DNA of 64,000 bases, from positions 104,248-168,247 of the forward strand of contig CAXXHG010000032.1 of the NCBI GenBank assembly GCA_963666315.2. The letters are read 5' to 3'. Shown here in pieces: positions 10,214 to 20,305 of the stretch. The DNA comes from Candidatus Binatia bacterium (GTDB lineage Bacteria > Desulfobacterota > Binatia > Bin18). A model generated the notes under the pieces. It saw only the letters and a program-made list of their open reading frames with translations, searched no databases and was not told the origin of the DNA. Every line of letters begins with the position of its first letter. Positions within the stretch are counted from its first letter, which is position 1. Both the position numbers and the translations under genes were made by a program.

Positions 10214-11239
10214 TTAGTGAAAATGCGGCATGACTTCTGTGGCGAACAGTTCAAGACAACGCGACACTTTCTCCAGGGCCAGCCCCGGCAGATGCATGCC
10301 CATGGCCAAATGCGTCACGCGTGTTTCGTCCTGGTAGCGTTGAAGAGCCTGAATACAGTCGTCCGGAGTCCCCGCCATAGGCGCTCCGCCCGGAATCGTA
10401 GGGTCTATGTTGCGCAGTTCTTCTATGCTGGGGACTTGGGACATGGCGCGATCGGCACGTAAATCTCCCGCTTGCTTCAGGAGCGGAAAGGCAGACGCAA
10501 ACAGATAGTGCATATGCTCGCCCACCTCGTCCCAGGCCTGGTCTCGACTCTCGGCCACATACACCCAGCGCAGTTGGGCCAGAGAGAAGTCTTGCGGGTT
10601 GCGGCCGCAACGCTGCAGCTCAGCGTCATAGGCGCGCTGTTGAGCGACTTCGCCCGTACCCATGAGGTGAAATCCCATTCGAGCTGCCCGCTCCACGGCC
10701 TTTTTGCTTCGTGCGCCTATCCAGATGGGAGGATGAGGCTGCTGAACCGGTCGCGGGGTAAGACCGGCTTCCTTGAGGTGATACTAGTGTCCATCAAAGG
10801 AGAACGCATCGTGTGTCCACAGCCCGCGTATGACCTCAAGGTCTTCTTCCAAGCGGGCATCGCGTTGCTCGCGCGGGAAACCAAACGCATCAAACTCTTT
10901 GTTCCGATAGCCCTTCCCAACCCCAAGGTCGAACCGGCCATGGGATAAGATATCGACGGTGATCGCATCCTCGGCAACACGCAGCGCGTGCTGGAAGGGC
11001 AGAACGAGAATAAAGGTACCGATGCGAATGCGCGTTGTGCGCGTGGCAATTCCCGCAGCCAACGGCAGCAATGCCGGCGACCAACCGTCATCGTCAAAGT
11101 GATGCTCGGTCAACCAGATATTATCGTAGCCGAGCTCTTCTATTCGGACGATCTGATCCAGCAGATCTTGATACAGAGTAGGAAAAGGCCGTTCCCAGCG
11201 GGCAGGATTCCAGAACGGCATCAAAAGACCAAATTTCAT
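10214..11239 (-). pseudogene. LLM-class oxidoreductase with one in-frame TAG at 10784-10786
   Basis: MKFG...WLTEHHF...FDGH*YHLKEAGLTPRPVQQPHPPIWIG continues in the same frame to the stop at 10214. Confidence 0.85.
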
Positions 11240-11469
11240 ACTTCCCCCCAGGCAGGCCCCACCAGAAATCGGGCAATCGTTCCAAACTTCATTTTTACCT
11301 TCTATTCTCCCCAATTCGGAATGAAGGTTCGTTCACTCTTATCACCTCACAGCGCTGTTTTCTGCTCGTTCAGACGATCTTTACAATGGCGGTCCCTTAT
11401 GACTTGCATTATCAAGAGGTTGATGGCGAGTTGGATATGCTCCGTCATCTTTCCTCCTTGAGAACTTGC

Positions 11470-11590
11470 GCTACCCTGTATATTGCTGCGCCGCAGCCAT
11501 ATCCGCTGTGATATGGCGATGCAGGGCAACGCCGGTCACGCTGGTTGCAGCCGAGCGACGCCCAGAATGGACTTTTTGGACACGCTCTAA
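11470..11590. repeat. Probable truncated MITE or IS-end palindromic remnant
   Basis: Minus strand begins TAGAGCGTGTCCAAAAAGTCC (IS-end-like); internal palindrome GCCATATC-CGCTGT-GATATGGC. Confidence 0.35.
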
Positions 11591-12089
11591 GATTTCTCAG
11601 CAGGGTTTCGTACGATCCCTAAGTCTCGTATCACCTCAGCTCCCAACTGCGTGAACACCTGGGACGAAATCCCAAACTTCAAACCCCGGCCGCCTCCGCC
11701 GAGGATAACCGACTCCAACTGCATCACCCGTTCATCAACGTATAGCGGCATGTCTGCTGGCAAGGAAAACGGCGTCACTCCGCCGACCTGCATGCCCGTT
11801 AGTGCGTTCATCTGCTCGGCGGACGCAAACGAGGCTTTGGATACACCCATGAGTTTGCGTACCCGTTTGTTCACATCGAGCTGGGTCGTGGCCAGGACCA
11901 CACACGCCACAAACTTCTTGGGCCCCTTCTTGGACGCGACAATAATCGTGTTGCCGGACGTTTCCGGCGGATAGCCATATTTGTCACAAAATACTGCAGT
12001 TTCCGCATGCGCAGGGTCGATGGTAATCCGCTCGTAGGACACCCAATTTTTTCAAGCGCGTCGATAACCTGTTGTTCCGAAGATGTCAT
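11587..12089 (-). pseudogene. YbaK/EbsC aminoacyl-tRNA deacylase family protein, frameshifted near 12043
   Basis: MTSSEQQVIDALEKIG joins VSYERITIDP...NTIIVASKK...TGMQVGGVTPF...ILGGG with one base missing at a short G/A run. Confidence 0.82.
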
Positions 12090-12099
12090 GCCGTCCTCC

Positions 12100-13454
12100 T
12101 TATTCAGCCGCTTTCACACCAATGTTTTGTGCAACTGATAATTCGCTAGACGCGACCCCTCCGAGGTCAATCTCGTGCGCTGGATGCACCCACAACCAGG
12201 CGAGCGCGCCAAACAACGCCAAGGCAGCGGTCGCGTACAACGCGCCGTCCCAACCAATATACTGGGCCAGATAGGGAGTCAGCGTAGGCGAAATCGCGCC
12301 ACCCAGGTTGCCGCCCATATTCATAAAACCGGAGACCGTGCCCGCATACGGCTTGTCCAAGTCTATCGTCACTGCCCAATACGACGATGTGCTCAGGGAG
12401 AGAGCGCCTGCTCCGAGTGACAGCCATACGATGGCAAGATATGGATCTTCTGCCGCCGCCCAGCGTAGATAAACCCGGCGACGCACAGAAAACTGACACT
12501 CCCGATTCCGCAGCGTCCCAGCCGCTTGCCGAAACGGCGACTCAGATGATCACTCAGCCAGCCACCTATGGGGGATGCGATCGCGCTGGCCAAAAACGGC
12601 GCTGTGGTATAGAAGCCGCCGTCCAACATGGAGAAGCCACGCACGTTGACGAGGTATAGATAAAACCACGAAAAATAGATGTAAAAGATGTAGCCCAGCA
12701 CAAAATACGCGGCGGTCAGAAACCACAGATCCCGCCGCCCCAAGAGGACGCGCCACGGAACACGGGCTAAAAATGGACTCGGTGTTGGACCGGAACTGGC
12801 ATCCTGGTTGATATATTGCAACTCTGCTTGATTGACCCAAGGATGTTCTTTTGGCTGATCAGCGGCAAACCAGTACCAGACCAGCGCGACCACAACGCCG
12901 GCCCCACCAGTCAGATAAAATGTGGCGCGCCGGCCCCAAGTCACCATAATCCAGACAATCAGCGGAGGCGTGAGTGCCGCACCGACAGAGCTGCCGCTGA
13001 TCGCAATGCCGTGCGCTAGCGCCCGCTCGTGTGGAGCCACCCAATTGGCTATCATCCGGTTTCCATTCGGCGGCGCAGCGGCCTCACCCAAGCCGATCAA
13101 AATCCGCACCACAGCGAACGACCCGACAACCCCCACCAGAGATGTCAAAAACAGGTCACCCGCGACAGCGGTTGCTGCGGTGAAGACCGACCACCACAAA
13201 ATGGCCCAGGTCAACACCCGCCGAGGACCGAAACGATCGCCCAGCCAGCCACCGGGAATCTGGACCAGGGCATAACCCAGGACAAAGGCACTAAAAATCC
13301 AGCCGAACTGAACATCGCTCAGCCCGTACTCGGGCATGATGTATCTGGCCGCAATCGAGATGTTCACTCGATCGATGAACATCAATACATACACGACAAA
13401 GAGCAGCCCAATCATCAGCCAGCGCGTACGTGTAGGGGCTTCATTACATAACAA
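12100..13454 (-). pseudogene. MFS transporter (ACS/glucarate-type), frameshifted near 12460
   Basis: FIDRVNISIA, QIPGGWLGDRFGPRR, GLGEAA. FIYAG/AAAEDPY needs one extra G in a GGG run; the C-terminus GFMNMGGNLGG is in the 12100-12486 frame. Confidence 0.85.
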
Positions 13455-13575
13455 CTATAAATTTCTCTGAAATTGCGCTGATAGACAGCATGCCAACTTC
13501 ACAGCAAAACGCCGGGTCGAAACCCGGCGCCTTGTTCCAGCTGAAGCTGTTTGCCAACCGCGAACCACTGCTGTG

Positions 13576-15327
13576 CTATCCAGCCGCCATATCATAACTA
13601 CGCAGCATCTTGCCCGGCAGGGCCCCGCTGCACACCCCGTTTTCGAAAGTAATCTGACCATTGATAAGCAGATACTGATAGCCGTCGGCCTTTTGTACCC
13701 GCCGCCAGTCGCCGTCGGGCAGGTCATGAAGCGTCTCCATCGGTCGCACCGCCAGCTTTTCTAAGTCATACACCACAATGTCTGCCGGCATACCCTCGCG
13801 CAGCCAGCCTCGGTCACGGATGCCGATTGCCCAGCCGACCATCGTCGACAGTCGCCAGTGCGCCTCTTCCAGGGTCATGATCTGCTTGTCACGTACCCAG
13901 TGGGTCAGGAAGTGGGTCGGATAGCGACCCAAGGTCAGGAACTTGGTATGCGCGCCACCATCTGAAGCACCAACCAGGCACAGGGGGTGCCTGATGATGG
14001 CGCTCAGGGCTTCTTCATCGTTGTTGATGAAGCCCTGCATAGCGAACTCGGTCTTAAGATCCTCTTCCACTGAAAGATCGAGCAACGCGTCGATGGGGTG
14101 TTTGCCTTGTTCCTGGGCTATTTCTGCAACCGTCCGGCCTTTGAGATGTGCATTCTTTTCCAGATGGACATCATCCACAAACGTCTCATCCCAGCGGAAC
14201 ATCCGTAGCTGACCCTGTTCACCGTCGGGACTCTCACCCGGCATGATGGTTGGGGCCTTTTCCATATCGGCCTTGAGCGCCGCCCGCCGGCCTGGGTCGG
14301 CTAGCTTCATTTTGCGCTCTTCCTGGGTGCCTACCGTAGCTTCGTTCCACGCCGGCAATTGGTCAAAAAGCCCCATGGTTTCCAACGTGAACTCAAACTC
14401 AATCGGCATGCAGATATTCACCGGCAGCACCGGCGCTTCTTTATTCGCCCGCTCCGTCCAGGCTAATTGCTCGCGCCAGGTGTTGGGCGAAGAAGGATCA
14501 TAAATAATGGCATTCCAGTTCACCGGCCGGCCGCTCGTCTTGGCCAACTCCAACAAGAAGTCCATACCCAACCCCTGCAAGGCATGCCCCATCGTCCACT
14601 CGATAGAGCCTCGGTTGAACTCGCGCATGACGGACGCCATTTCCAGAAACTCTTCACGCGGTGCCACATGGGTCGGCAAATAGCCGCCATCGTAGTCACG
14701 ATTGGCCATACTAAAGCTGGCCGAAAAGCCAAAACCACCGGCCTGCAGGCCTTCTCGCAACAGATGCTTCAGCTCTGCGACCTGTTCCGGCGTCGTCTTG
14801 TAATCAGGATCCCGAGCCTCGTCATTGCCTAGTACCCAGGCACGCAGCGGAGAGTACGGCACGAGCGAAGCGGCATTAATGCCCAGCCCGCCACGCTCCA
14901 GACTGTCTAAATATTCAGGAAAGGTCACCCAGTCCCAACGCATGCCGGCTTGCATACATGACAGCGGAATGGACTCGGTGCGCTCCATACGCCGCATGGC
15001 CCGGTCGCGATCTTCCGGGCGAACAGGTGCAAAACCAAATCCGCAGTTGCCTATGGCTACGGTGGTCACCCCGTGCCAGCCCGAGAGGGTGGCATACGGG
15101 TCCCATGCAGTACCGCCGCTGAGAGCCGCATCGTAATGAGTATGGATGTCTATAAACCCAGGCGCGACGATCAGCCCGGTCGCATCAATGACCCGTGCGG
15201 CACTGCCCTGGATATTCCCTATGGCCACGATCTTGCCGGTACGGATCGCAATATCCCCCCGATAGCGGGGAATTCGCAATCCATCGATGATCGTACCATT
15301 CTTGATGAGTAGGTCGTACTCTGCCAT
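13576..15327 (-). CDS. N-acyl-D-amino-acid deacylase-like amidohydrolase (paralog of 8286-10028)
   Basis: APGFIDIHTHYD, HGVTTVAIGNCGFGFAP, SDGGAH, ADIVVYD. Confidence 0.9.
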   Translation of the reverse strand: MAEYDLLIKNGTIIDGLRIPRYRGDIAIRTGKIVAIGNIQGSAARVIDATGLIVAPGFIDIHTHYDAALSGGTAWDPYATLSGWHGVTTVAIGNCGFGFAPVRPEDRDRAMRRMERTESIPLSCMQAGMRWDWVTFPEYLDSLERGGLGINAASLVPYSPLRAWVLGNDEARDPDYKTTPEQVAELKHLLREGLQAGGFGFSASFSMANRDYDGGYLPTHVAPREEFLEMASVMREFNRGSIEWTMGHALQGLGMDFLLELAKTSGRPVNWNAIIYDPSSPNTWREQLAWTERANKEAPVLPVNICMPIEFEFTLETMGLFDQLPAWNEATVGTQEERKMKLADPGRRAALKADMEKAPTIMPGESPDGEQGQLRMFRWDETFVDDVHLEKNAHLKGRTVAEIAQEQGKHPIDALLDLSVEEDLKTEFAMQGFINNDEEALSAIIRHPLCLVGASDGGAHTKFLTLGRYPTHFLTHWVRDKQIMTLEEAHWRLSTMVGWAIGIRDRGWLREGMPADIVVYDLEKLAVRPMETLHDLPDGDWRRVQKADGYQYLLINGQITFENGVCSGALPGKMLRSYDMAAG

Positions 15328-15486
15328 CTTACCCCTCCTTTGACTCCGAGGAGCCAGTTATATGGTGCATATCATCCTTCCCCATAGCGACGCCGTTCAT
15401 ACCCAAGTTGGAACACCGAAACACGTCGCCGCGCAGTCCCATCCTGTAACGGAACGCCGCTCGATTACAAGGGTTTCGAAGTATTT

Positions 15487-15906
15487 TTAGGAGGCGATCG
15501 CGTCCAGTCCGGCCTGGGCACAGGCTATGTCTTGTTCTACCGTCCCGCCACTCACACCGATTGCTCCGACCACCGCATCCCCAATGCGAATAGGCAAACC
15601 GCCGCCAAAGGTCACAATACGCGGGATATGCGGCACCCCAGCCAGGAGCGCTGGGTCATCCTTTATAAAGTTAAAAAACTCGTGCGACGGCATACCAAAA
15701 AGTGCGGTATAGGCTTTGTTCTGGGACACCTCGATGCTGACTAACGGCGTACCATCCATACGCCAAAACGCCTTGAGCAGTCCACTCTCGTCGAGCACGG
15801 CGGCAACTTGGGGTACACCCAGTTCCTTCGCTTTGGCGATAGCCGCCGCCACCATCTTTTGTGCGAGTTCGTCGGTAACACTCTGTTTCTCAAATGTTTG
15901 CGCCAT
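15487..15906 (-). CDS. GlcG/HbpS heme-binding protein
   Basis: AVLDESGLLKAFWRMDG, NKAYTA, GGGLPI...GAIGVSGGTVEQD; RBS AAGGAG before MAQTF. Confidence 0.88.
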   Translation of the reverse strand: MAQTFEKQSVTDELAQKMVAAAIAKAKELGVPQVAAVLDESGLLKAFWRMDGTPLVSIEVSQNKAYTALFGMPSHEFFNFIKDDPALLAGVPHIPRIVTFGGGLPIRIGDAVVGAIGVSGGTVEQDIACAQAGLDAIAS

Positions 15907-15919
15907 GGTTCTCTCCTTT

Positions 15920-16825
15920 TTATAAATGCGTCTCAAACCATTCTTGAATATGTGGCAGACTCTGATCGAGTCCGGGTCTGGAGATAACATCGCTGTGCCC
16001 GAGTCCCGGCAGAATGACTATTTTCTTCGGCTTGCCCGCTTTCGCATACATAGACTGGGATTCTTCCATAGATACCCGCTCGTCCGCGTCGCCATGCAAC
16101 CACAGAATCGCACGGGGTGATATCTGATGCACGACGGACTCGGGTCGATAGGCAATCAACGCCTCACCCGAGGTCAACGTAATCTCCCGACTCCACTGCG
16201 GATACTGATCCAGAATCTCGGAAAACAGGGCAGTCGTACTCTCCGGCTCAGGCACGATCTCATTGGCCTGGACATACTGCTCACGGCCAGTCAGCACACG
16301 CTCACGCCGGTTATCTGCTAAGCGCTGCAGCAAGGCCTTCCATTCCCAGAAATGACACGCGTCACGAATCCAGCGCCCACAGTCGCCAATACCGCATACG
16401 CTCGCGGTGGCTTTGACGCGTTCCTCAACCCCGGCGGCATAGCTGACGTTGGCCCCACCCAGGCTGACGCCCAGTAATCCAATGCGTTCCGGATCGACCT
16501 GTGGCTGCTGCTGTGGAAACGTCACAGCATTGCGGATATCCTCGATCTGTCGCATGGGAATAATCTGTCGTCGCGGCTCCCCACCACTCGCGCCAAGAAA
16601 GCGGTAGTCGAACGTCAGGACGACATACCCAGCCTGAGCCAAGCGCTGGGCAATATCGGGCAATAGGACTTCTTTTACGGCGGTGAAACCGTGGCACATC
16701 ACAACGCCCGGTTTCTTTGTCTCGGAGGCCGGATTATCGGGCAGGTTATCAGGTGGATTATCAGGCAAGAAAAAGACGCCTGCGAGAGGGACACTTTCAC
16801 TATAGAACTGAACCGATCGTTCCAT
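15920..16825 (-). CDS. Alpha/beta hydrolase
   Basis: VVMCHGF, FDYRFLGASGG, nucleophile elbow GVSLGG, HGDADERV, GHSD. Confidence 0.88.
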   Translation of the reverse strand: MERSVQFYSESVPLAGVFFLPDNPPDNLPDNPASETKKPGVVMCHGFTAVKEVLLPDIAQRLAQAGYVVLTFDYRFLGASGGEPRRQIIPMRQIEDIRNAVTFPQQQPQVDPERIGLLGVSLGGANVSYAAGVEERVKATASVCGIGDCGRWIRDACHFWEWKALLQRLADNRRERVLTGREQYVQANEIVPEPESTTALFSEILDQYPQWSREITLTSGEALIAYRPESVVHQISPRAILWLHGDADERVSMEESQSMYAKAGKPKKIVILPGLGHSDVISRPGLDQSLPHIQEWFETHL

Positions 16826-16912
16826 ACTCCCACTCCCCCTTGACCCCTGTGTTTCTACCAGGCTGAGGGGGGTTCAGCTACAGCTCAGAAGCTGTTGAAA
16901 AAAAGGGAGCAG

Positions 16913-17101
16913 TCAACGTATGCCACGACTAGCGGCCCTGAAAATGACAACGCGCACGGTTTCATCGCAATCACACTCTTTGAGGACTTGCAGCAACTCC
17001 AGTCCGACCCGAATATTGATAGCATTCAGACGCTCAAGCCGATTGAGCGTAATACGACAAATGCCTTGGTCTTGTTGAACAAGTAGGTAGCGATAATCCA
17101 T
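16913..17101 (-). pseudogene. Enoyl-CoA hydratase/isomerase, N-terminal fragment
   Basis: ICRITLNRLERLNAIN...DETVRVVIF stops before the GxxFCAG motif. It lies next to the IS-end-like sequence GCTGTTGAAAAA near 16891-16902. Confidence 0.75.
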
Positions 17102-17340
17102 ACGCCTTCTCCATCTCTAGTGTCGTTCTTGTCGTGTTGTATCAAGATGAGGCTCGCTTGAAAAACGCCGGGCATCAACGGACAATACCGTCACGATGTA
17201 CGTCAATCGAGATTTCCGAGATTTCCGAGACTTCCGTTATATGTTCTTCTGATCGGCATGCCTGCTGCCTCGAACCATGACGGCAGCCTCAAACGACGCG
17301 ACGACGGCTGCACACGCACAGAATGACTATCGGGATTCCT

Positions 17341-17391
17341 GTAGGGTGCAGCCTCTGCACCGTTCGGGTTGGTGCGCAGGGCGCACCCTAC
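17341..17391. repeat. REP-like inverted doublet (GTAG...CTAC)
   Basis: GTAGGGTGCAGCCTCTGCACC...GGTGCGCAGGGCGCACCCTAC. Confidence 0.7.
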
Positions 17392-17551
17392 TGCTACGTC
17401 TACATTAAAACTGTGCGCTGTCTTGCCGTCGTTCTCCTTCGACAAGCTCAGGGCGAATGGGAAGAGTCCGTGAGGCACGGAATCGTTCGTGCTGAGCCCG
17501 TCGAAGCATGAACGCGCGGGGGTGCACTCTTTTAGGCTGGACGCCCTACTA
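17389..17551. mobile_element. MITE-like element, copy 2 (163 bp), inserted at the TA of a REP CTAC end
   Basis: Same core as copies 1 and 3; flanks read GCACCC-TA[element]TA-C. Confidence 0.75.
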
Positions 17552-17630
17552 CCAAACACGGCTGGAGTAATTATCGCTAAGAAGCTGAGTTAGATACCCA
17601 ACAGGACAGGCTCAAACTGATTCTTAGCGT

Positions 17631-17965
17631 TTATTTCGCAGGTAGTGACGAGGCACAGTCAGCCGCCTGCTTGACCCATTTCCGCAGGCTGCGGTCTGTT
17701 GTATAGCCAGCCAGTTCCACGATCACCATGCTTTTCAAGCGGCGACCTGTGAAGTCACACGATCGCACGTGTTGCTGCTTGAGGGCTTGTTCGCTCCGCT
17801 CCGGCCCAAGCCGGAGCACCAGGTCATCATTTTTGGTCACCCCACAGCACATATTGCCCTGCATCATGAAGGTCAGGCCTCCGAGCATCCTTTTCTCAGT
17901 CAGTGATTCCCGTCTGGCTAGGACTTTTCGGATACGTCCAACCACAGTTTTTCGTCGTACGCCAT
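17631..17965 (-). pseudogene. TfoX N-terminal domain protein, frameshifted just after the start
   Basis: RBS GGAGG and MAYDEKL, then the frame shifts to GRIRKVL...EKRMLGGLTFMMQGNMCCGV...LRKWV. Confidence 0.75.
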
Positions 17966-18000
17966 GAGTCACCTCCGATTCTCTTTTTGCGGCCGTAGCC

Positions 18001-18388
18001 TTACATCTGCGGCATTTTCGGAGACTTAGGGATATCCGGATTCATGACATCCCACGGCGGGCCGGTACCAGCTCGGATCGTCCATGCTGCCTACTCTGAC
18101 GGCCATGAGCTGTGGCATGCCCGAGTTTTTGGCAACCAAGGGCGAGCTGCACTCGGGACAGAAGCCGCGGCTGACAATATTCCCGCTGTGAGCCTTCACA
18201 TCGTGATATTTTGGTTCACCATTTGTGAGGGTAAAGGCCTCTTGCGGCACCAATATATTTGCGGCAAAGGCACTGCCGCTAACCTGTTGGCAGTCTCGGC
18301 AGTGACAATTCCCAGCCATAACCGGTTCGGCCTTGCATTCGTACCGGATAGCACCGCACCGACACCCACCAGTAAAGGGAGTAGCCAT
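18001..18388 (-). pseudogene. GFA/CENP-V family protein with an internal deletion and frameshift near the C-terminus
   Basis: GGCRCGAIRY, CHCRDCQ, RGFCPECSSPL. The true tail PWDVMNPDIPKSPKMPQM* is in another frame directly after WYRP. Confidence 0.75.
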
Positions 18389-18425
18389 ATATCCGTTCTC
18401 CTTCTTGTGTTCTTGATACTATGTA

Positions 18426-18452
18426 GATGAACACGTTCGCCCGAAACCGACA
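18426..18452 (-). promoter_or_regulatory. Putative ECF42-type promoter for the GFA-TfoX genes
   Basis: TGTCGG-N17-CATC, resembling the ECF42 TGTCGA...CGTC consensus; a twin of 20136-20162. Confidence 0.55.
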
Positions 18453-18465
18453 CGGACAGGAGAAA

Positions 18466-19714
18466 TTATTTTGGACTAGCGATCTTTCTTTGTAGGGCGG
18501 CCTGCTCGCTCGGATTTTGTGTGAGCGACAGGGCCGTTGCATAGGCAGCGCACGCGCGCGCGGCCTGATTGTCTTCGGCCAGCAACGCCCCAAGCGCTGC
18601 GTAAAAATGATGGTAGCGCTGGATTTCAGGCGAGTCTTCAATAGTGCGCAACAGTGCAATCCCGGCTGCGGCACCCTGCACCTGGGCCACGGCCACCGCC
18701 TGGTTCAATCGGACAACGGGTGACGGCTGACAGCATTCGAGGATATCACACAGCTCGGCAATCTGTGTCCAGTCAGTGTTTGCAGCCTGACGCGCTTCAC
18801 AGTGCACGTCGGCAACAGCGGCCTGGACTTGATACGGGCCGGGCTGCTGCTGTCGCAGGGCTTTCTCAACGAGCGCACTACCTTCGACAATCAAGCTATG
18901 ATCCCAGCGCGCGCTTCTGCTCATCCAAAGGAATAATGTGACCAGCTGTGTCTAAGCGTGCTCCAGAGCGTGAGCGTTGGAGGAGGAGCAGCGCCAGGAG
19001 GCCGGTCACCTCGGGCTCAGCTCGGAACAGACGAGAGAGCATGCGTGCCAAGCGAATCGCCTCAATACACAGGTCGGTGAGAATGAGCTCTGGGCTTCCC
19101 GAGGCGTTGTATCCTTCGTTAAAGAGCAGATACGTTACCGCGAGTACGGCATCCAAACGTTCCGACACTTGGGCTGCAGTCGGCACTTCATACGGAATCC
19201 GCGCGTCCCGGATTTTACGTTTGGCGCAGGTGATACGTTGCTCGATGGTTTTTGGTGGAACCAGAAATGCGCGCGCGATCTCTGGCCCAGTGAGGCCGGC
19301 AATGGTCTTTAACGTCAATGCAACCTGCACCTCTTGAGCCAAGGCGGGATGACAACACGTAAAAATCAGCCGCAACAGGTCATCATCAAAATGCTGGCTT
19401 GCTTCTGCCTCGGCAACCGGCCTAGCAGTAACGCTCTCACCAGTCACATTGTTACCAGCTTCTGCGCGGACTGTCGTACTATGCCGGACTTCCAGCGTGT
19501 ATCGCCGCTGAAGATCAATGGCTTTATTCCGACCGGTCGTCACCAGCCAGGCAACCGGATTGCCGGGGACGCCCTCACGCGACCATACTTCGAGCGCACG
19601 GGCTATGGCCTCCCGCAAAATATCCTCAGCCGCGTCGATGTCACTCAAGAGGCGAATGAGGGTGGCCAGCGCACGCGGGTACGCAGTCTTGAGACTGACT
19701 GCGAGTTCGTCCAC
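18466..19714 (-). pseudogene. ECF42-type sigma-70 factor with DUF6596/TPR extension, frameshifted near 18905
   Basis: AWLVTTGRNKAID, DDLLRLIFTCCHPAL, YLLFNEGY, then PGPYQVQAA...DWTQIA...PSPVVRLN. The shift lies in a (GC)n run at LDEQKRA/WDH. Confidence 0.87.
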
Positions 19715-19720
19715 TATGGG

Positions 19721-20086
19721 CTACCCCGCGGGCAGACTCTCATAATGGGCAATGGGTCTGATCTCAATGCTACCCGTATCGACATTGGGAATCCCTTGCG
19801 CATACTCGATTGCCTCATCAAGATTCTTGCAATCGAACACATACAGACCGACCAAGTGTTCTTTTGTCTCAGCAAACGGACCATCGAGAATAGTCGTCTT
19901 GCCCGCCCTGCGTTTTACGGTGGTGGCCGTACCACTAGGGGTAAGTTCGTTGGCGAGCAGAAAGGTATTATTAGCCTTCGTCTTCTCCTGCAGGCTGCGG
20001 TGGCGGGTCAGGGCCTCCTTCAGATCAGCCTCAGACCAATTCTCCATCACTTCTTCAGCCTGATAAATGAGCAACGCGTATTGCAT
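19721..20086 (-). CDS. YCII-related (DGPF) protein
   Basis: ATTVK...DGPFAETKEHLVGLY...GSIEIRP; typical ECF42 partner gene. Confidence 0.9.
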   Translation of the reverse strand: MQYALLIYQAEEVMENWSEADLKEALTRHRSLQEKTKANNTFLLANELTPSGTATTVKRRAGKTTILDGPFAETKEHLVGLYVFDCKNLDEAIEYAQGIPNVDTGSIEIRPIAHYESLPAG

Positions 20087-20135
20087 CGCAGCCCCTTTGC
20101 CTGTCGTTCCCGAGTCATTATCAAGTCACTATATA

Positions 20136-20162
20136 GACGAACCCGGACGACCATTGCCGACA
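20136..20162 (-). promoter_or_regulatory. Putative ECF42 autoregulated promoter
   Basis: TGTCGG-N17-CGTC about 50 nt upstream of the DGPF gene. Confidence 0.6.
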
Positions 20163-20305
20163 CCCAGGAGAAATTAGGAGAAACCAGGAGGAAATAGTTC
20201 CTTAGGGTTTCTCCTTTTCCCTGCCTGTTTATCTCAGGGAGGGAAAGATTTCGACAGATCTTGCGGGCCAGAGAGTTCGGAATTTCAGTGTGGCGGAGGT
20301 CCTTA

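Noticed and set aside
11347-11445. Short ORF MTEHIQLAINLL... with a good RBS
   Set aside because: Only 33 codons with no recognisable motif; probably a remnant and cannot be supported.
17203-17559. 118-aa ORF
   Set aside because: It spans the MITE, REP and tandem-repeat DNA, so it is spurious.
19334-20197. Long antisense ORFs here and at 40589-41512, 3552-4205 and 50451-51104
   Set aside because: They are shadows of well-supported genes on the opposite strand in GC-rich DNA and have no motifs of their own.
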